A DNA stretch of 61,333 nt, taken from positions 70,744,930-70,806,262 of the forward strand of contig JARDVH010000106.1 of the NCBI GenBank assembly GCA_030324005.1. The letters run 5' to 3'. Below are positions 13,691-28,060 of the stretch, one piece after another. Position numbers and translations under genes: made by a program. Positions within the stretch are counted from its first letter, which is position 1; each line of letters begins with the position of its first letter. Source of the stretch: Negaprion brevirostris (Eukaryota). The notes below the pieces were generated by a model that saw nothing but the letters and a program-made list of their open reading frames with translations, searched no databases and was not told the DNA's origin.

Positions 13691-13698
13691 TGGTGTTT

Positions 13699-13895
13699 AC
13701 TGATCCTTACGGTTCCTCTTGGATCTCTACTCCCACTGACATTTGTTTTTTAGTCCAAATGCTTACTTTCACTGACACTTACTGTTCCTCCTGGATCCCT
13801 ACTCCCACTGATGTTTGTTCTCTAACCCAAACACCCACTTTCACTGACACTGTTCTTCCTGGGTCTCCACTCCCACTAATACTTGCTTTTCTCCT
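13699..13895. repeat. Degenerate minisatellite, 36-bp units alternating A/B
   Basis: ACTGA-starting units at 13699, 13735, 13771, 13807 and 13843, plus an ACTAA unit at 13875. Confidence 0.8.
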
Positions 13896-14249
13896 TTCTT
13901 TGGAATGCTGAGCCTCCTACTACAGTAAGATATTAAAATTCTGATTCAACAAGCCATAAAGCTTGACAGCTAATGTTCGACAAAATGAATTACGTAAACT
14001 CATGTTTCATTTTAAAAGCAAACAGCATTTAATAGATTGTATCATAATGCTGTATGAACAATAACTGGGTACTGTTTTATAACATTTATGTGGGCAGTAA
14101 CAACAAATGTGAAATACTGTCCCTGCTTTAATGTTTATGTGACTCTTTAACCTGACTTGTTTTTTGCCATTAATGTTATGATGTACTACATAAAGAATAC
14201 TGATTGATTGAAACTTTTTTGAAGTATTTGAAAGTTTGATATAGTTAGC

Positions 14250-15342
14250 GCCATAGAGTCATAGAATTTTATGGCATGGAAACAGGCCCTTCAGCCCAAC
14301 TTGTCCATACTGCCCTTTTTTTTAAAACCTCTAAACTCGCCCCCATTGCCCGTGTTTGGCCCATGTCCCTCTATACCTACCTTATNNNNNNNNNNNNNNN
14401 NNNNNNNNNNNNNNNNNNNNNNNNNNNNNNNNNNNNNNNNNNNNNNNNNNNNNNNNNNNNNNNNNNNNNNNNNNNNNNNNNNNNNCCGTGTTTGGCCCAT
14501 GTCCCTCTATACCTACCTTATCAGTGTAACTATCTAAATGCTTTTTAAAAGACAAAGTTGTATCTGCTTCTACTACTACCTCTGATAGCTTGTTCCAGTA
14601 AGAAGTCTCACAACACCAGGTTAAAGTCCAACAGGTTCATTTGATAGCAAAAGCCACTAGTTCTTGGAGCACTGCTCCTTTGTCATGTAAGTGGGAGTTC
14701 TGTTCACAAACTCAAATTACAAAATAATGGTTGGAATGCTTGTTGCAGACCGGAGATGTGCAGGTTAGATGGACTGGCCATGCTGAATTTCCCTTAGTGG
14801 CAGAGGGAGTATCTAGGGTAAATGCATGGGGTTATGGGGATAGGGCCCAGCTGGGATTGTTGTCGGTGCAAACACGATAGGCTGAATGGCCTCCTTCTGC
14901 ACCGTAAGATTCTATGATCAGACACTCACCACATTCTGTGTGAAAAAATTGCCCCTCTGGACCCTTTTGTATCTCTCCCCTATGCCCTTTAGTTTTATAC
15001 TCCCCTACCTTTGGAAAATGGTGTTGACTATCTATTTATCTATGCCCTTCATTATTTTATAGACCTCTATAAGGTCACCCCTAAGCCTCCTACGCTACAA
15101 GGGACAAAATCCCAGTCTATCCAGCCAGTCCTTATAATCCAAACCATCAAATCCCAGTAGCATCCTAGTAAATCTTATCTGCACTCTTTTTAATTTAATA
15201 ATATATTTTCTATAATAGGGCTGAGAACTGTACTAGTGTGGCCGTACTAATATCTTGTACAACTTCAACAAGCGTTCCAACTCCTGTATTCAATGTTCTG
15301 ATCAATGAAACCAAACATGCTGAATGCCTTCTTCACCATCCT
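14250..15342 (-). mobile_element. CR1 (HER1-like) LINE 3' end with nested Penelope fragment (14599-14737) and partial HE1 (about 14752-14917, + strand)
   Basis: Starts with the reverse-complement tail CATAGAGTCATAGA...AAACAGGCCCTTCAGCCC. The CR1 sequence resumes after the nested inserts. Confidence 0.8.
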
Positions 15343-15488
15343 NNNNNNNNNNNNNNNNNNNNNNNNNNNNNNNNNNNNNNNNNNNNNNNNNNNNNNNNNN
15401 NNNNNNNNNNNNNNNNNNNNNNNNNNNNNNNNNNNNNNNNNNNNNNNNNNNNNNNNNNNNNNNNNNNNNNNNNNNNNNNNNNNNNNNN

Positions 15489-15765
15489 TCTGTCACTGTA
15501 TAACACTGGGTTACAGTACTGGTGGGGACGGGTCTGTCACTACATCACACTGGGGTACAGTACTGGTGGGGACGGGTCTGTCACTGCATGACACTGGGGT
15601 ACAGTACTGGTTGGGACGCGTCTGTCACTGTATAACACTGGGGTACAGTACTGGTGGGGACGGGTCTGTCACTGCATGACACTGGGGTACAGTACTGGTG
15701 GGGACGGGTCTGTCACTACATGACACTGGGGTACAGTACTGGTAGGGATGGATGTATCACTGTAC
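15489..15765. repeat. 44-bp tandem repeat, at least 6 copies, extending into the adjacent gap
   Basis: Unit TCTGTCACTGTATAACACTGGGGTACAGTACTGGTGGGGACGGG starting at 15489, 15533, 15577, 15621, 15665 and 15709. Confidence 0.95.
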
Positions 15766-16704
15766 AACAGTTTGCACAGTGCTGGCGCATAGACACACGC
15801 TCTGTAGATCACACACAGTCTCTGTAGACCGCATACATACTCTGTAGAGCACACAAAGGCCAGATCTTTCCAGCCGTTCACACTGGCAGGAACCTCTGGT
15901 CCTGTTGATGGTCAGCTTGATGCGTTTCTCCTGGTGGCATGTGGTGCAGTCTGTGGAAATAACCATGATCAGCCACGGGACTATTGGCAAACAGCATGCT
16001 GCTTCCCGCTGTGAGAAACACACTGTGGGGAGGCCAGAATATCCCCCTCGCACACTCTATAGAACACCCAGCTGCTCACATATTTTATGAAGGGTATGAA
16101 GGATGAATCTGAAAATGAACCAATCAATTTGCAGTGGGTGCTAAAGTATTCAATACTACGTGGCAGGGACATGTGGCTGTTATGCAGTAGTGACATGGGC
16201 AACACTACATTGGACTCTCTTTTGTTCAAACATCCTCGCAGACAACTGGATGAAATACTGCCCCAATTTAACTTGGGAGAAAAGGATCCTGAATTCATTG
16301 TGGAAGATTATTCTGCCATACTGGGCAAACCCCCATTGGAACTTGTGTTCAAAGGGCAAAATGGCCTGCTCCTAATTTCTATGTTTGTTGGGATTATCCA
16401 GCTGCACTCACACCAAAGTCAGAAAATCCCCCAAAGTCAATGGACCTTTGCATGATCCCCCTCCCCCCACCAACCCTCTACGGCTCCCACGGTGGGAGGC
16501 ACAAGAGATTTCACCCCTTTATGTTAAATTTGACCCAAAAGTGGCTCTTTTGTTTTGAAGTTAAAATTCTGCTCATTGTCTACACAAAGGACATCAGTAA
16601 CGGGACACAGGTCACAGGTCAGCCCTGTGTGGCTTAACACCTGGCGAATATTTCTGATGCTTCTAAGGGGAAGCTAGGTAAATACATGAGGGAGGGAGTC
16701 TTTA

Positions 16705-16907
16705 CTAATGTTTAAAGTTTATTTTTAGTTAAAATCCCCTAGTCGCCACACTCTGCCACCTGATCGGGTACACTGAGGGAGAATTTAGCACGGCCGATGC
16801 GCCCTAACCAGCATGTCTTTAGGACCGTGGGAGCAAACCGGAGCACCCGGAGGAAAGCCACACAGACACAGGGAGAATGTGCCAAATCCACACAGTGACC
16901 CAAGCTG
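16705..16907 (-). mobile_element. HE1/V-SINE-related SINE, 5' part in gap
   Basis: Reverse complement contains the V-domain (CCTCCGGGTGCTCCGGTTTGCTCCCACGGTCCTAAAGACATGCTGGTTAGG). Confidence 0.8.
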
Positions 16908-19072
16908 NNNNNNNNNNNNNNNNNNNNNNNNNNNNNNNNNNNNNNNNNNNNNNNNNNNNNNNNNNNNNNNNNNNNNNNNNNNNNNNNNNNNNNNNNNNNN
17001 NNNNNNNATTAACCTCCAATCATCAGCCCACTGGCCCAATTGATCAAGATCCTGTTGTAATCCTAAATAACCTTCTTCACTGTCCACTACACCACCAATC
17101 TTGGTGTTACCTGCAAACCTTCTAACCATGCCTCCTAAGCTCTTAGACAGTTACATGGGTAAGATGTCTAAGAATGAATGCAGAAACTTAACTCTTCCGC
17201 TGATTTCCAGAACATAACCACACTACTCACTGTACTCCTGGGTAAAACAAATCATTTTGTTTTCATTTTGAAAAGTGCTGCAATGGCAGTCGTGTGACTC
17301 AAAGATTTACCCAGTCTCCAGCTTGGGAATCATAGATTTTAAATAATGTGCTTTTAGTTTCCTGGCTAGAAATGACAAATGCCAGGAAACCTGCTGAGAG
17401 ATTCCAGGAAAGAATAAAATCTGGTGAGGCTGTGAGAAATGCACTAATTTTATTTTTGTAGGGCAAGCCTAACTTGTTGAGGGGCATGGTAATTTCCACT
17501 TTTTTTAACTTGGGTCTTATATGCGATAACTTAGAGATTGACTAGTATGCGGCTTGTGCAGGAACATCTGGATTACTGTGTGGCTTAGAGTGAACACTGA
17601 TTGAGAGTCAGGATTATAACATTTCTGAGATGGGGGAGGGCAGAAGAAGGCAATAGTTGAAAGAGGTTATTCCTCTGTGTGTTGCTAATTGGTTGGGCGG
17701 TAGGAGACGGAGAATAGGATNNNNNNNNNNATAAATGGCTTATTCTTGGGTTGCTGGGATATGGTGTCATGTTCCCTAGCGATCAGCCCTGAAACTTCAG
17801 TTTTTCTTATCAATGATGGATGCTTGAATAAAATATTGTGTGACCAGATTTGCTGACAACAGTTGGGGTTAGAAGGCACAGTGAGTTGTGTGACTAGGAG
17901 GAAGACGTTACAAGGAAACTCGGATTGAGTGGCAAAACTATGGTAAATGGCAGTCTGTATGGACAGATGTCAAGTCGTCCACTTTGTATTTGAGAAAGAA
18001 AAATCCAAAATACTTAGTTTATGGTGGAAGGAGCATTGGAGGAGTGAAGAAATTATGGTGTCCATGTACCCAAAAACTAATATACAACCTTTGTCTCAAG
18101 ATGTTAGAACACAAAACTTGAGTAAACAATGTTTTGCTCAGACCCCATTGGCAACATTATGTTTTGTCTTTGGATCCTGGATATCAGAAAGGATATTGTG
18201 GTCCTGGATGAGATGCAGTGTAAATTCATCAGAATCATACTTGGTCTTAGGTGGACCTAACAGTGCTGTTAGGCAGGGATTTAATTATGAAGCCAAATTG
18301 TGTAAATATGGCCTGCATTCCCTTGAGTTTAGAAAGAAAGAACTGGTGTTTATAAAAAAAACTTTTCACAACGATAGGATATATCAAAGTGCTTTAGAAT
18401 TAACAATGTATTTTTGAAGTGGAAAAATATTTTGAACTGTTGTACAGCCTGTACGTGTTTCTTAATTCATTCATGGGAGGCTAAATTATTGGATAGATGC
18501 ATTTCTAGATTCTAAAGATGTCAAAGGGTATGAGGAGAATGTTAGAGTATGCCAGTGAGATGCCAGGATCAATCATAGTCATGTTAAATAGTGGAGAAAG
18601 CTTGAAGGGCTGTGCATATTTTTGCTGTGGCTGTCGCTGATTTTACTAGCATTTATTGCCCATTCCTAATTGCCTTTGAGGAGATGGTGATGAGCTGCCT
18701 TCTTGAACCACTGCACTCCATGTGACGTAGGTGCCCCCACAGTGCTGTTAGGCAGGGAGTTCTAAGATTTTGATCCAGCAACAGTGAAAAAATGGCTGGG
18801 TGTTGAGTGGATAGGAGGGGAACTTCCTGGAGGTGGTGGTCTTCCTGTGTGCACAGCAGTGAGATAGGCCCAAGATAATCTATTTTAGTGATATTAGAAC
18901 AAAGAACAACCCAGCACGGGAAACAGGCCCTTCGGCCCAACGAGCCCGCGCCACCATCACCCTACACCTATTNNNNNNNNNNNNNNNNNNNNNNNNNNNN
19001 NNNNNNNNNNNNNNNNNNNNNNNNNNNNNNNNNNNNNNNNNNNNNNNNNNNNNNNNNNNNNNNNNNNNNNNN

Positions 19073-19360
19073 AGAACAATGAGAACAATATTGTTTGAGG
19101 GATAAATATTGTCCAGAGCACTCGAGAGAACTCTCCTTCTTTTCGTCGAAATTGTGACGTGATTTATTTTTAAAGCCTATCTGAGTGGGCAGAAACATTG
19201 GTTTAACATCTCATCCAAAAGTCAGCATCTCGGGTCATGCAGCACTCCCTGAATACTGCATTGGAGTGTGAGTCTAGATAACACATTAAGCCTCTAGATT
19301 TGGACTGGAAGCCAAACTACTGATTCTGAATTGAGAGCACTACCACTGAGCTGTGCTTGA
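19073..19360 (-). mobile_element. Deu-domain SINE (SacSINE1-like), 5' part; further pieces at about 18335-18420 and 18850-18895
   Basis: Reverse complement resembles the copy at 49300-49730 (GGATGAGATGTTAAACC...GAAAAGAAGGAGAGTTCTC...CAATATTTATCCCTCA). Confidence 0.7.
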
Positions 19361-19884
19361 CACCATAAGGTTCAGGTGGTTATCCAACTGAGATACTAGA
19401 ACAAGTGAAGTATCCAGCCAAGCAACCTACTGTAAGGAAAAGCTACTTCCTTTTGGCGTGGTGATCCAAACTGGGGGCCATAATCTTAAAATGTGCACAT
19501 CTGAAAATGTCACCAATGACACTGATTGTATGATACTTATTTAAATGGAAATACTTCTTTTAAAAAAATGATACGAGATAAGCAGAACATCAGCAGAAGT
19601 TTAAAAATCAAAACAAGGGTAACATAGGAAACAAACTAGCNNNNNNNNNNNNNNNNNNNNNNNNNNNNNNTGTAAATTAAGGCAACTATAGCCTTTGTTT
19701 TAAAGAAAAAAATTATAGAATCAACTTAAGAGACCAAATGGCGCGTTATAGAAAATTAACCGGTCAAATTGTTTAAACAAAGCACATTACTAGTTGATTT
19801 AATGCATTATCTTTCTCCTTAGTTTCTAAATTTTTTCCTTCTTGAAAACAATTTAAAAGCAGCAGAATATTTGGTTTTAAAATC

Positions 19885-19890
19885 TTTATT
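19885..19890 (-). promoter_or_regulatory. KCTD4: Candidate distal polyadenylation signal of KCTD4 (other AATAAA at 21012-21017 and 21298-21303)
   Basis: TTTATT on + equals AATAAA on -, near the end of the repeat-free AT-rich stretch downstream of the stop codon. Which site is used cannot be determined. Confidence 0.35.
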
Positions 19891-21347
19891 GCTTTATACT
19901 CATTAAATACAGGGCATGCTGAACATAACTGCTTAAATACCTTAGTTGCATTTGACAATATGGTCTTATTTTTGCAATTATAAATATATAATTCATAGAT
20001 GTAGGTTACAATTTATCATATTTCCTACCAGAAAGTCTCATTACCAAGACCAAAAGAACAAAGGATAAAACTGTTAAATACAGGTTATTTTTCTGTCTTT
20101 AGAATTGTTTATATCTAAGCTATTGTCTCCCCTCCATCTTCTCCCCAGTAAGAAGACATATGGAAAACTTGCTGCTGACTTGTCACCAAGCTGTTTTATA
20201 AGAAATTGTTGGCAAATACATAGAGATGGCTTCTTCTGGCATGTTTTCCTTCCTTATGTTGAATGATCTGACCTGTGTTAGGTGCTTCCCCATAGTGACA
20301 TGACTGGGATTTGACATTCAGTGTTGACAATTGAAGATGCTCCTCAGCATTCTGTGGCACCATATGTGAAAAATGCATTGATGGGGAGGGGGCATTTGAA
20401 ATCATTCCAGAGTAACAGGAGATGGTTTGGTGATCATTTAAATTTGGGAATGCACCGTATAAATGTATATCAGTCAACCTGAACCAAACCATTTTAAAAT
20501 GAGCTTGCACACACTGAAATTATTTCATGATCATTTAATAGCTTCCAAAGTTAGCAGCTTGCAATGAATTCAGCCTCGTGCCAATAGAAGGAATTTGAAT
20601 GCATGACTGATGGTGGATCATGGCAATTAAACAATAACATTCTGATGCACAAATTTACATTTGGTTGTTTGTTTTGTTTTAAATTCAGAATGGATTCTTT
20701 TCTGTTGAGATTTAAACCTCCACAGGCATATCAGCCTATTGTGGCTGTGCCAGCAATCCAGAACTAATTTTGCTTTCTCCATCTATATAATCTGTAACTG
20801 ATGAAAGTGTTTTGCATTTTAGGTGCTTTGTTGTGTGTTGTTACTCAGAACCTTATAGGATAGAGCTGTGTAGTATGGTATTAACTTGCATACATATCAA
20901 AAATGAATACATTACCTAAGAATTTCATGCTAGAGAAAGAAAGAAACCTAAGTTAAAGGAAATTACTATACATATTCCAAGATTGAGACTATGGAACAGT
21001 TTTAAAATTGTTTTATTTTCCTGTACAGAATATTACAATAATACACAAGGATCTAAATAACTTACTCATTGTAAATTCATAATCAGCAAAGCAAGTAAAT
21101 TACAAATGGAATTGATATGATGAACAAGATGCTTATAGGCAGATTGAAGAGATTATAATGTAATCAGGTGATTAAATTCTCTTTTGTGATTTAGTGATGC
21201 ATAGCACATATCATTATATTAATCTACCAAGCAGCCTATTTTGCTGTTTCATTATTGTGATATGATAGTTGCAAAACCGTCCTTTGTAACTCAAGTGTTT
21301 ATTATTGTGGTGTGCAGCTCACTTCTGTATCACTTGTAAAGCAAGAT

Positions 21348-22175
<828 letters not shown>

Positions 22176-22179
22176 TCAC

Positions 22180-22210
22180 CTGTATACAGTGCAGTAGGAA
22201 TAATGAAACA
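22180..22210 (-). promoter_or_regulatory. KCTD4: Splice acceptor of the KCTD4 coding exon (exon starts at 22179, 61 nt of 5'UTR)
   Basis: Minus strand reads TGTTTCATTATTCCTACTGCACTGTATACAG|GTGATC: a pyrimidine-rich tract and CAG|G, 61 nt upstream of the ATG. Confidence 0.65.
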
Positions 22211-25200
22211 GTAATGTTGGCAGGATTTCATAAAATGTCAGCACTATTTCACAGTAAACGGCATTTCAACTTAGCACAAAGTGAGTTTGCAGCAATTTAA
22301 TTTGATACCAAAATTTGCCCTCCGCTCTCTCAAAGTAGAGGTGGAGTTACTACTTGAATTAAAGCTGAGTGACTTTTTTTTCCAAACATAAGCATGAGGC
22401 TTTATCAGAATTGAATTTGCTTGAAAGGTGTTCCACAGTCTGTCATGAGACTTGCTAATGTTGATGTAGATGTTATTTGTGTGCGCAAGTCACTGACCTG
22501 TATTTTTCTTACACATTAGTTGCTGACTATGTGATTTTCCAATAGCTTGGGCTACAAAATGGAGCCAATCTCACTCACTAATGCAGACAAATTGTTTTAA
22601 AACGATTCACTTACGAAGCAACAATTTTGTTTTTGTGGAAGGCCTCCAATGCCTCTAAAGTATCTGAAAAATTAAATAGTTAGACGCTATAGTTATAGCA
22701 TGAGTCATTTGTCGATCCATGGGAGCCATGGGAAGAACTGGAGTTCATATGAATAAATTGAAAACTCTGATCACCTTTTTGGTTTTCAAATGAGGAAATA
22801 CATACTTCGCAACAGTCGTTCCATTTTATTTGTCCCAGTCTACATAAGTGAAACTGGTTTAATTATTGAATTGAATATACTGTTTTTGTGACTGCAACTT
22901 CCATTTATTTAGCAGTTAACATCCTGTACAAGTGGTACTTTTTGTTCTAAAATGGCTGGCAACAATTTATTACTCTCTTGGTGCACAAAGTTATGAACAG
23001 GATAAGATACTTTGATCCAAAGATTTCAGAAGTGTTTGTACCATTTAAGATATTCTAATCTGTTCCTGGAACCGCAGTCTTGTTTAAAAGCTTTGCTTGC
23101 AGGATTTTCTATTATGCCTGCAAACTGGATTATTGACTAATTTAGCTATTCCTCCAAAGAATTTAAATCAATTTATGACATGTCACTTAATTTGTTCTAA
23201 ATTGATCCTGACATCTTGCTGCCTCTAAGTGCTTCACATTTCTCTTTCTGCCAACTGGTCTATAATTCTTTTAGAATCATAAAATCATAGAATTCCTTTA
23301 CTCATGTCTTGTTGCTTTTTCACTGGCTGTTGGGAAATCTGAAATTAAGATTACACTGACGTGGCGTGTGGGTAACCCCCAATAAGGTACTGGCACAAAA
23401 GATGTCAACCACAGCACTGACACTGTGAAAGCAGCATCCATTTACATCAGGGATTTGAAAGGCAGGAAGCACTCATTTTCCAAATATCCAATAATTCCAG
23501 AATTTGTGGGGATTCATCCCTTACTTCAATATTTTCATAAATAAGAGAGCTGATACATTTCATAGATTATGAACCAACAGCACCCAAGAGTTAACGTGAT
23601 ACTAGGGCCCAAATTTTCAGGGAGTAGTGGAGACCCCATGACTCAGCCGAAGTGGTAATAGGACTGTGGATCCAGAAGAGCTGCCTCTGGTAGATCCTAT
23701 TTTTGCCATTAGGGTAAAGGGAATGGGATGTGATTCTCAGATTTGGGCATTCCGAACCCACAGGCCTATTTGAATGCATGGCAGAGTTTTTGCTGGTACA
23801 GTGCATGTTTTCTCACAGTGTGCAACTTACTATTTTTAAAAGTATACGTGAATGTGTGTAAAAGATGGATAAGGCATGTGGAACTGTCAAGTTATCAAAA
23901 TCCTCAGCTCTTGGAACTTTGAGTAGAAAACCAGCCTGCTGTGTGTTTTGTTGGAAAGAATCGGTGCTTGCAATTTCAACTGCTGTTTATAAGCTTGATG
24001 TATACATTATAGCATTAGTCCTGCTGGACCTGTTTGACTGTTTCCAACTCATTATTATCATAGTTTGGTGGGGGTGGGGCGGGGAGGGGGAGGGGTGCTG
24101 TAAGTTTGCATTTTGATAGGTCCAAGAGGTTATTAAAGGATTAGCTGGTTTTGAATACAGGGCAGGCAGGGCAATGAATACAAATGTTTGTTTTTATAAG
24201 GGATTAAAAATTAAAGGAGATTTAAATTATTGAACGGGCTATTATCAATGACGGTTTTATGTAGTGAAGTCTGTATTAGGTACTTTGAACTTTATCTTAG
24301 CACATCCCCTGAGGTTTGCCATGATGAATATTGAGTGAGTTAGCATAGAGTGTAAGTACCACTTGTACAGGATGGTGTGTTTTGGGAAATTGGTTTGGTA
24401 TATGTTGGCATTGAAACTGTTAGAGGACTATAGAAATGTGCAAGAATTCCTGGGTTGATAAGTTGGTAAAGGGACTACAAGTGGAAGTCCATGAGTGGAA
24501 GGGTCATTGGTTGACCTGAGTTGGCATGAAATTAACGTAAGGGTGCTTTGTGACCATGGAGAATTGGTGGAGAAGCATAGAATAGCAGGGTTGATATGAG
24601 TGTCCATGGAAGAGTGGATAGAGAGGCATAAGTTTGCATAGAAGGCATGAAAGGCCAGTGGGAGGTGAGTAGAGGAGCATAAATTTGCACTGAAGTAATG
24701 TGAGGCGGGATTAGATCATGGGGTGAATAGGGGACTGGAGTTGACCTGGTGGGTATGAAGGACCATAGGTTGGCCTGGAGGGTATAAAGGGCCATGGGGC
24801 TGGGTGGAAGGGGGCGTGCATTAACATGGGTGGAAAGTGGGTCTGTTTCTTTCAAGGAAAGTGATGAGCCAGGTATTTTCTTGACTCTGAAAATCTGGAT
24901 CTCGTTCTTTCACTGGATAAGTCAAAAGGGGCATGTTGAAAAAGCTTATGATAGCTGCTGTTTTCCCACAAATGATAAGCTGATATCAGAAACACATGGG
25001 TTGGAAGCATACAGCCAAGAATTTTAATGGACAGGAATGCACAGACAGAAACCCCAGATCAGATGGTGATGGGTGACTAGCTTTAAAATAACTTATTTAT
25101 GTTAGAACAGTGAACCAAGATTTCATCAGGCATTTGCCACCTGTCGTGGTTGATAAAAATTTGAGACATATGGGTACTAACCATACATGTAATGTATTTC

Positions 25201-27784
25201 AATGCAGACAGGAAGAATTTGGTGCAAATAATTATTTATAAAGATGATCTTGAATAGTTTTTGTGGACATTCAATTTTAATTAATTTTTTGGAGGGAATC
25301 TTGATAAACTTGAAGAACCATTTGGAAAAATAGGAGTTAGTTTAATGTTTGTGACTGCGTTCAAGTTTGGTTCATTTAGTCAACAAGCAGCCTTGGTGGT
25401 TTTGAGTACCTTTGAAACAGTGTAACCCAGCAGTTGCTCAATAATCTAAGTTAGGGAAGGATGGCCTATTATGACATACAACACATTATATGGGAGGTAG
25501 AAAATGGCCACTGGAAAAGGAAGAAGATTAAAAATGTGCACCACAAGCCTGAACTAGCACAGTGTAGAGGAAAATAAAGTTGCTTTGATGTGGCAGATAT
25601 ACTGTTTGTATTTTGTTCCATTCTGAGAACATTGATGTTGCTAGCAATGCCAGATGTTATTGCTTGTTTCCTTTATTTCCATTGAGAAGGTTGTAGTGAA
25701 CTGCCTGCCTTCTTGAGTCATTGAATCCATATGGCGAAGGTCCTCCCACAGTGATAGTTAGGTAGGGAGTTCCATGATTTTGACCTAGCATTCATGAAAG
25801 ACTGATGATATTGATGTCTAACTAGATTTAGAGAACATCACAGAATTACAGACTTATTACAGTGAAGAAGGAAGCCATCTAGCCCATCCTGTCTGCACTG
25901 GCTCTCCCAATAAGCAATCTTGCTTTTGCCCCATAATCCTGCAGATTCTTCCTTTTCAGATAACTATCAAATTTCCTTTTGAATATGCAGTCCCTTGTTT
26001 ATTCTTGACATTTTTGAAAATAAAAAAATTCTGCAAAATTGTTTCTGCGACTGTTTTGACATGCACAAATGGAATATAAAATGAATTGATATTTGATTAA
26101 TGCATTTAAAATATTGGTTGATGGTGCTTTAGTGGCAATCAGAGAATTTCTTTAATGCCAGTGGAATTGTTGTGCTTTTTTCTTTACAGAAGAGAAGACT
26201 TTGAGGTGACCTGATAGAGATCTTTAAAGTTATGGTGGGGTTGCATAAATGTAAATAGAATGTTTCCCCTTGTGGTAGGCTCCTAAACTAAGGACCTTTA
26301 AATGTAAGATAGTTAGTAACAGATCAAATTGGGAATTGAGGAGAAATTTCTTTACTCAGAACGCAAGAAATAGGAGCCATTTGAGTCTGATCTGCCTCAA
26401 CAGTATTTTCCCAGAAAGTGGAGCTTGTTACCACAGGAAATAATTGAGGTAAACAGATTTTATGTTTTCAAAAGAAAACTAGGCACTATAAAAAATAATA
26501 ATGTGGTGGAAAGCTTAAATGAGTTAGATAAATGGGGGGAGATTCTTGTACAAACACCAGCATGATCTAATATGTATTCCATCCCATGCTTGACTTCCTC
26601 CTCCTAGAAGGTGGAGAGGCTTTGGGGAGTCAGGAGATGAGCCTTCCACCACAGAATACCCAGCTTTTGACCTTCTCTCGTAGTCAGGGCTTTTTCGTGG
26701 CTCTTGCGGTTAAATTTCTGATTAATGACCTCCCCCAGACAATAGTGAGGGATTCAATGATTCAGGTTGAAGGTAGTGATTGTCTGTTGTGGCACAAATG
26801 TTTCTTGCTGTTTGTAAATTGGCTGCCGTGTTTATCTCCATTATAGCAGCAACTAGACTTTANNNNNNNCTTTTGCCTGTAAATAAAGTCGAGACATCCT
26901 GAGGATGTGAAAGCGCGTGCTCTTTTCTTGCCTCTGGGATGAGATGAAAATTGAGTCATTTTTAATTGGTGCCCTACTTGATCCCTGCTAATGGCCTGGC
27001 TGAATCTTTGTAATTGGTTAGATTTATGTAAAATGCCTTGTACCAAATTACATATCACAAAGTAAAGAAAATGCTAAACTGTGCCGATATCACAATTATT
27101 TTTTCTAACCTCCAATAAATCAACTAAGGTATGGTTCAGTGAATATGAGTATGTCTGGCTGTTGTCGCTTGACTATTAAGTGGACTGCTTTCCCAATCTA
27201 GGTTCAAGTCATAGAATTGGCAAATGAAGCATGCAGATTTGGCAATCACCTTATTTGATCTTGTTACTCATTGATATCTTGTATGTACACTCCTATGCAT
27301 GTTTCACCCTTGACTTATTGTAACCTATAATTTACCGGAGACTTGGTTCCAGAACAGTGCAGAGGCAACCTTTTCCAGCCCTCTTTTAGTCATCTAATTC
27401 TGAAGGTTAGCTTTCCTCATAAATACAAAATGCCCCTTAAGATAGCACAAACATCAGAGCAATTCTGGTTACTAACTTATATTAGGACCAGGAACCTCAA
27501 GGTATATTGTGAAGCCAGACTAGACCCCAACAATTGTTCTATTTAGGCATAAGTGTAAGGACAGGATGTTTCACTCCAGGTACAATTTTATTGACCAACC
27601 AGGGAGCTTTAATCAAACCAAATATTATTTAGCAACATGTATTAGTGATAACAAATTAATTAGCTTAACTTTGTCAGTTGAACAATACTTAAACATGACA
27701 AGATACAATCCTAAACTGCTAACCTACAAAGTTGTCCTCACAAATATCTGGGGACCGTTAATTAAAAGGTCAGTCAAAGGAACA

Positions 27785-28060
27785 CAAGTTCAAGGTGAGG
27801 AGCAGGAGATTCAGGGGAATGAGAGGAAAAACCTTTTTACCCAGAGGGTGGTGACAGTCTGGAATGCACTGCCTGGAAGAGTGGTAGCGGCGAGTTGCCT
27901 CACATCCTTTAAAAAGTACCTGCATGAGCACTTGACATATTTAACATTCAAGGCTGTTGACCTCTGCTGGTAAATGGGATCCAGTAGGCAGGTTAGGTGT
28001 TTCTGAGGTGTCCGTGCAGACTCAATAGTCCGAAGGACCTCATCTACACTGAGAGATTCT
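27785..28060 (+). mobile_element. Young CR1 LINE 3' end; closely related copy at about 46720-47060
   Basis: RKNLFTQRVVTVWNALPGRVV..LTSFKKYLHEHL C-terminal CR1 ORF2 motif plus 3' tail. Confidence 0.85.

Noticed and set aside
15489-15765. Regular repeats superficially like a CRISPR array
   Set aside because: Units are contiguous with no unique spacers, there are no cas genes, and the context is vertebrate. It is a minisatellite.
24480-24835. G-rich, vaguely periodic segment with recurring GGCAT/CCATGG motifs
   Set aside because: I could not define a consistent period by eye. Probably an old degenerate repeat.
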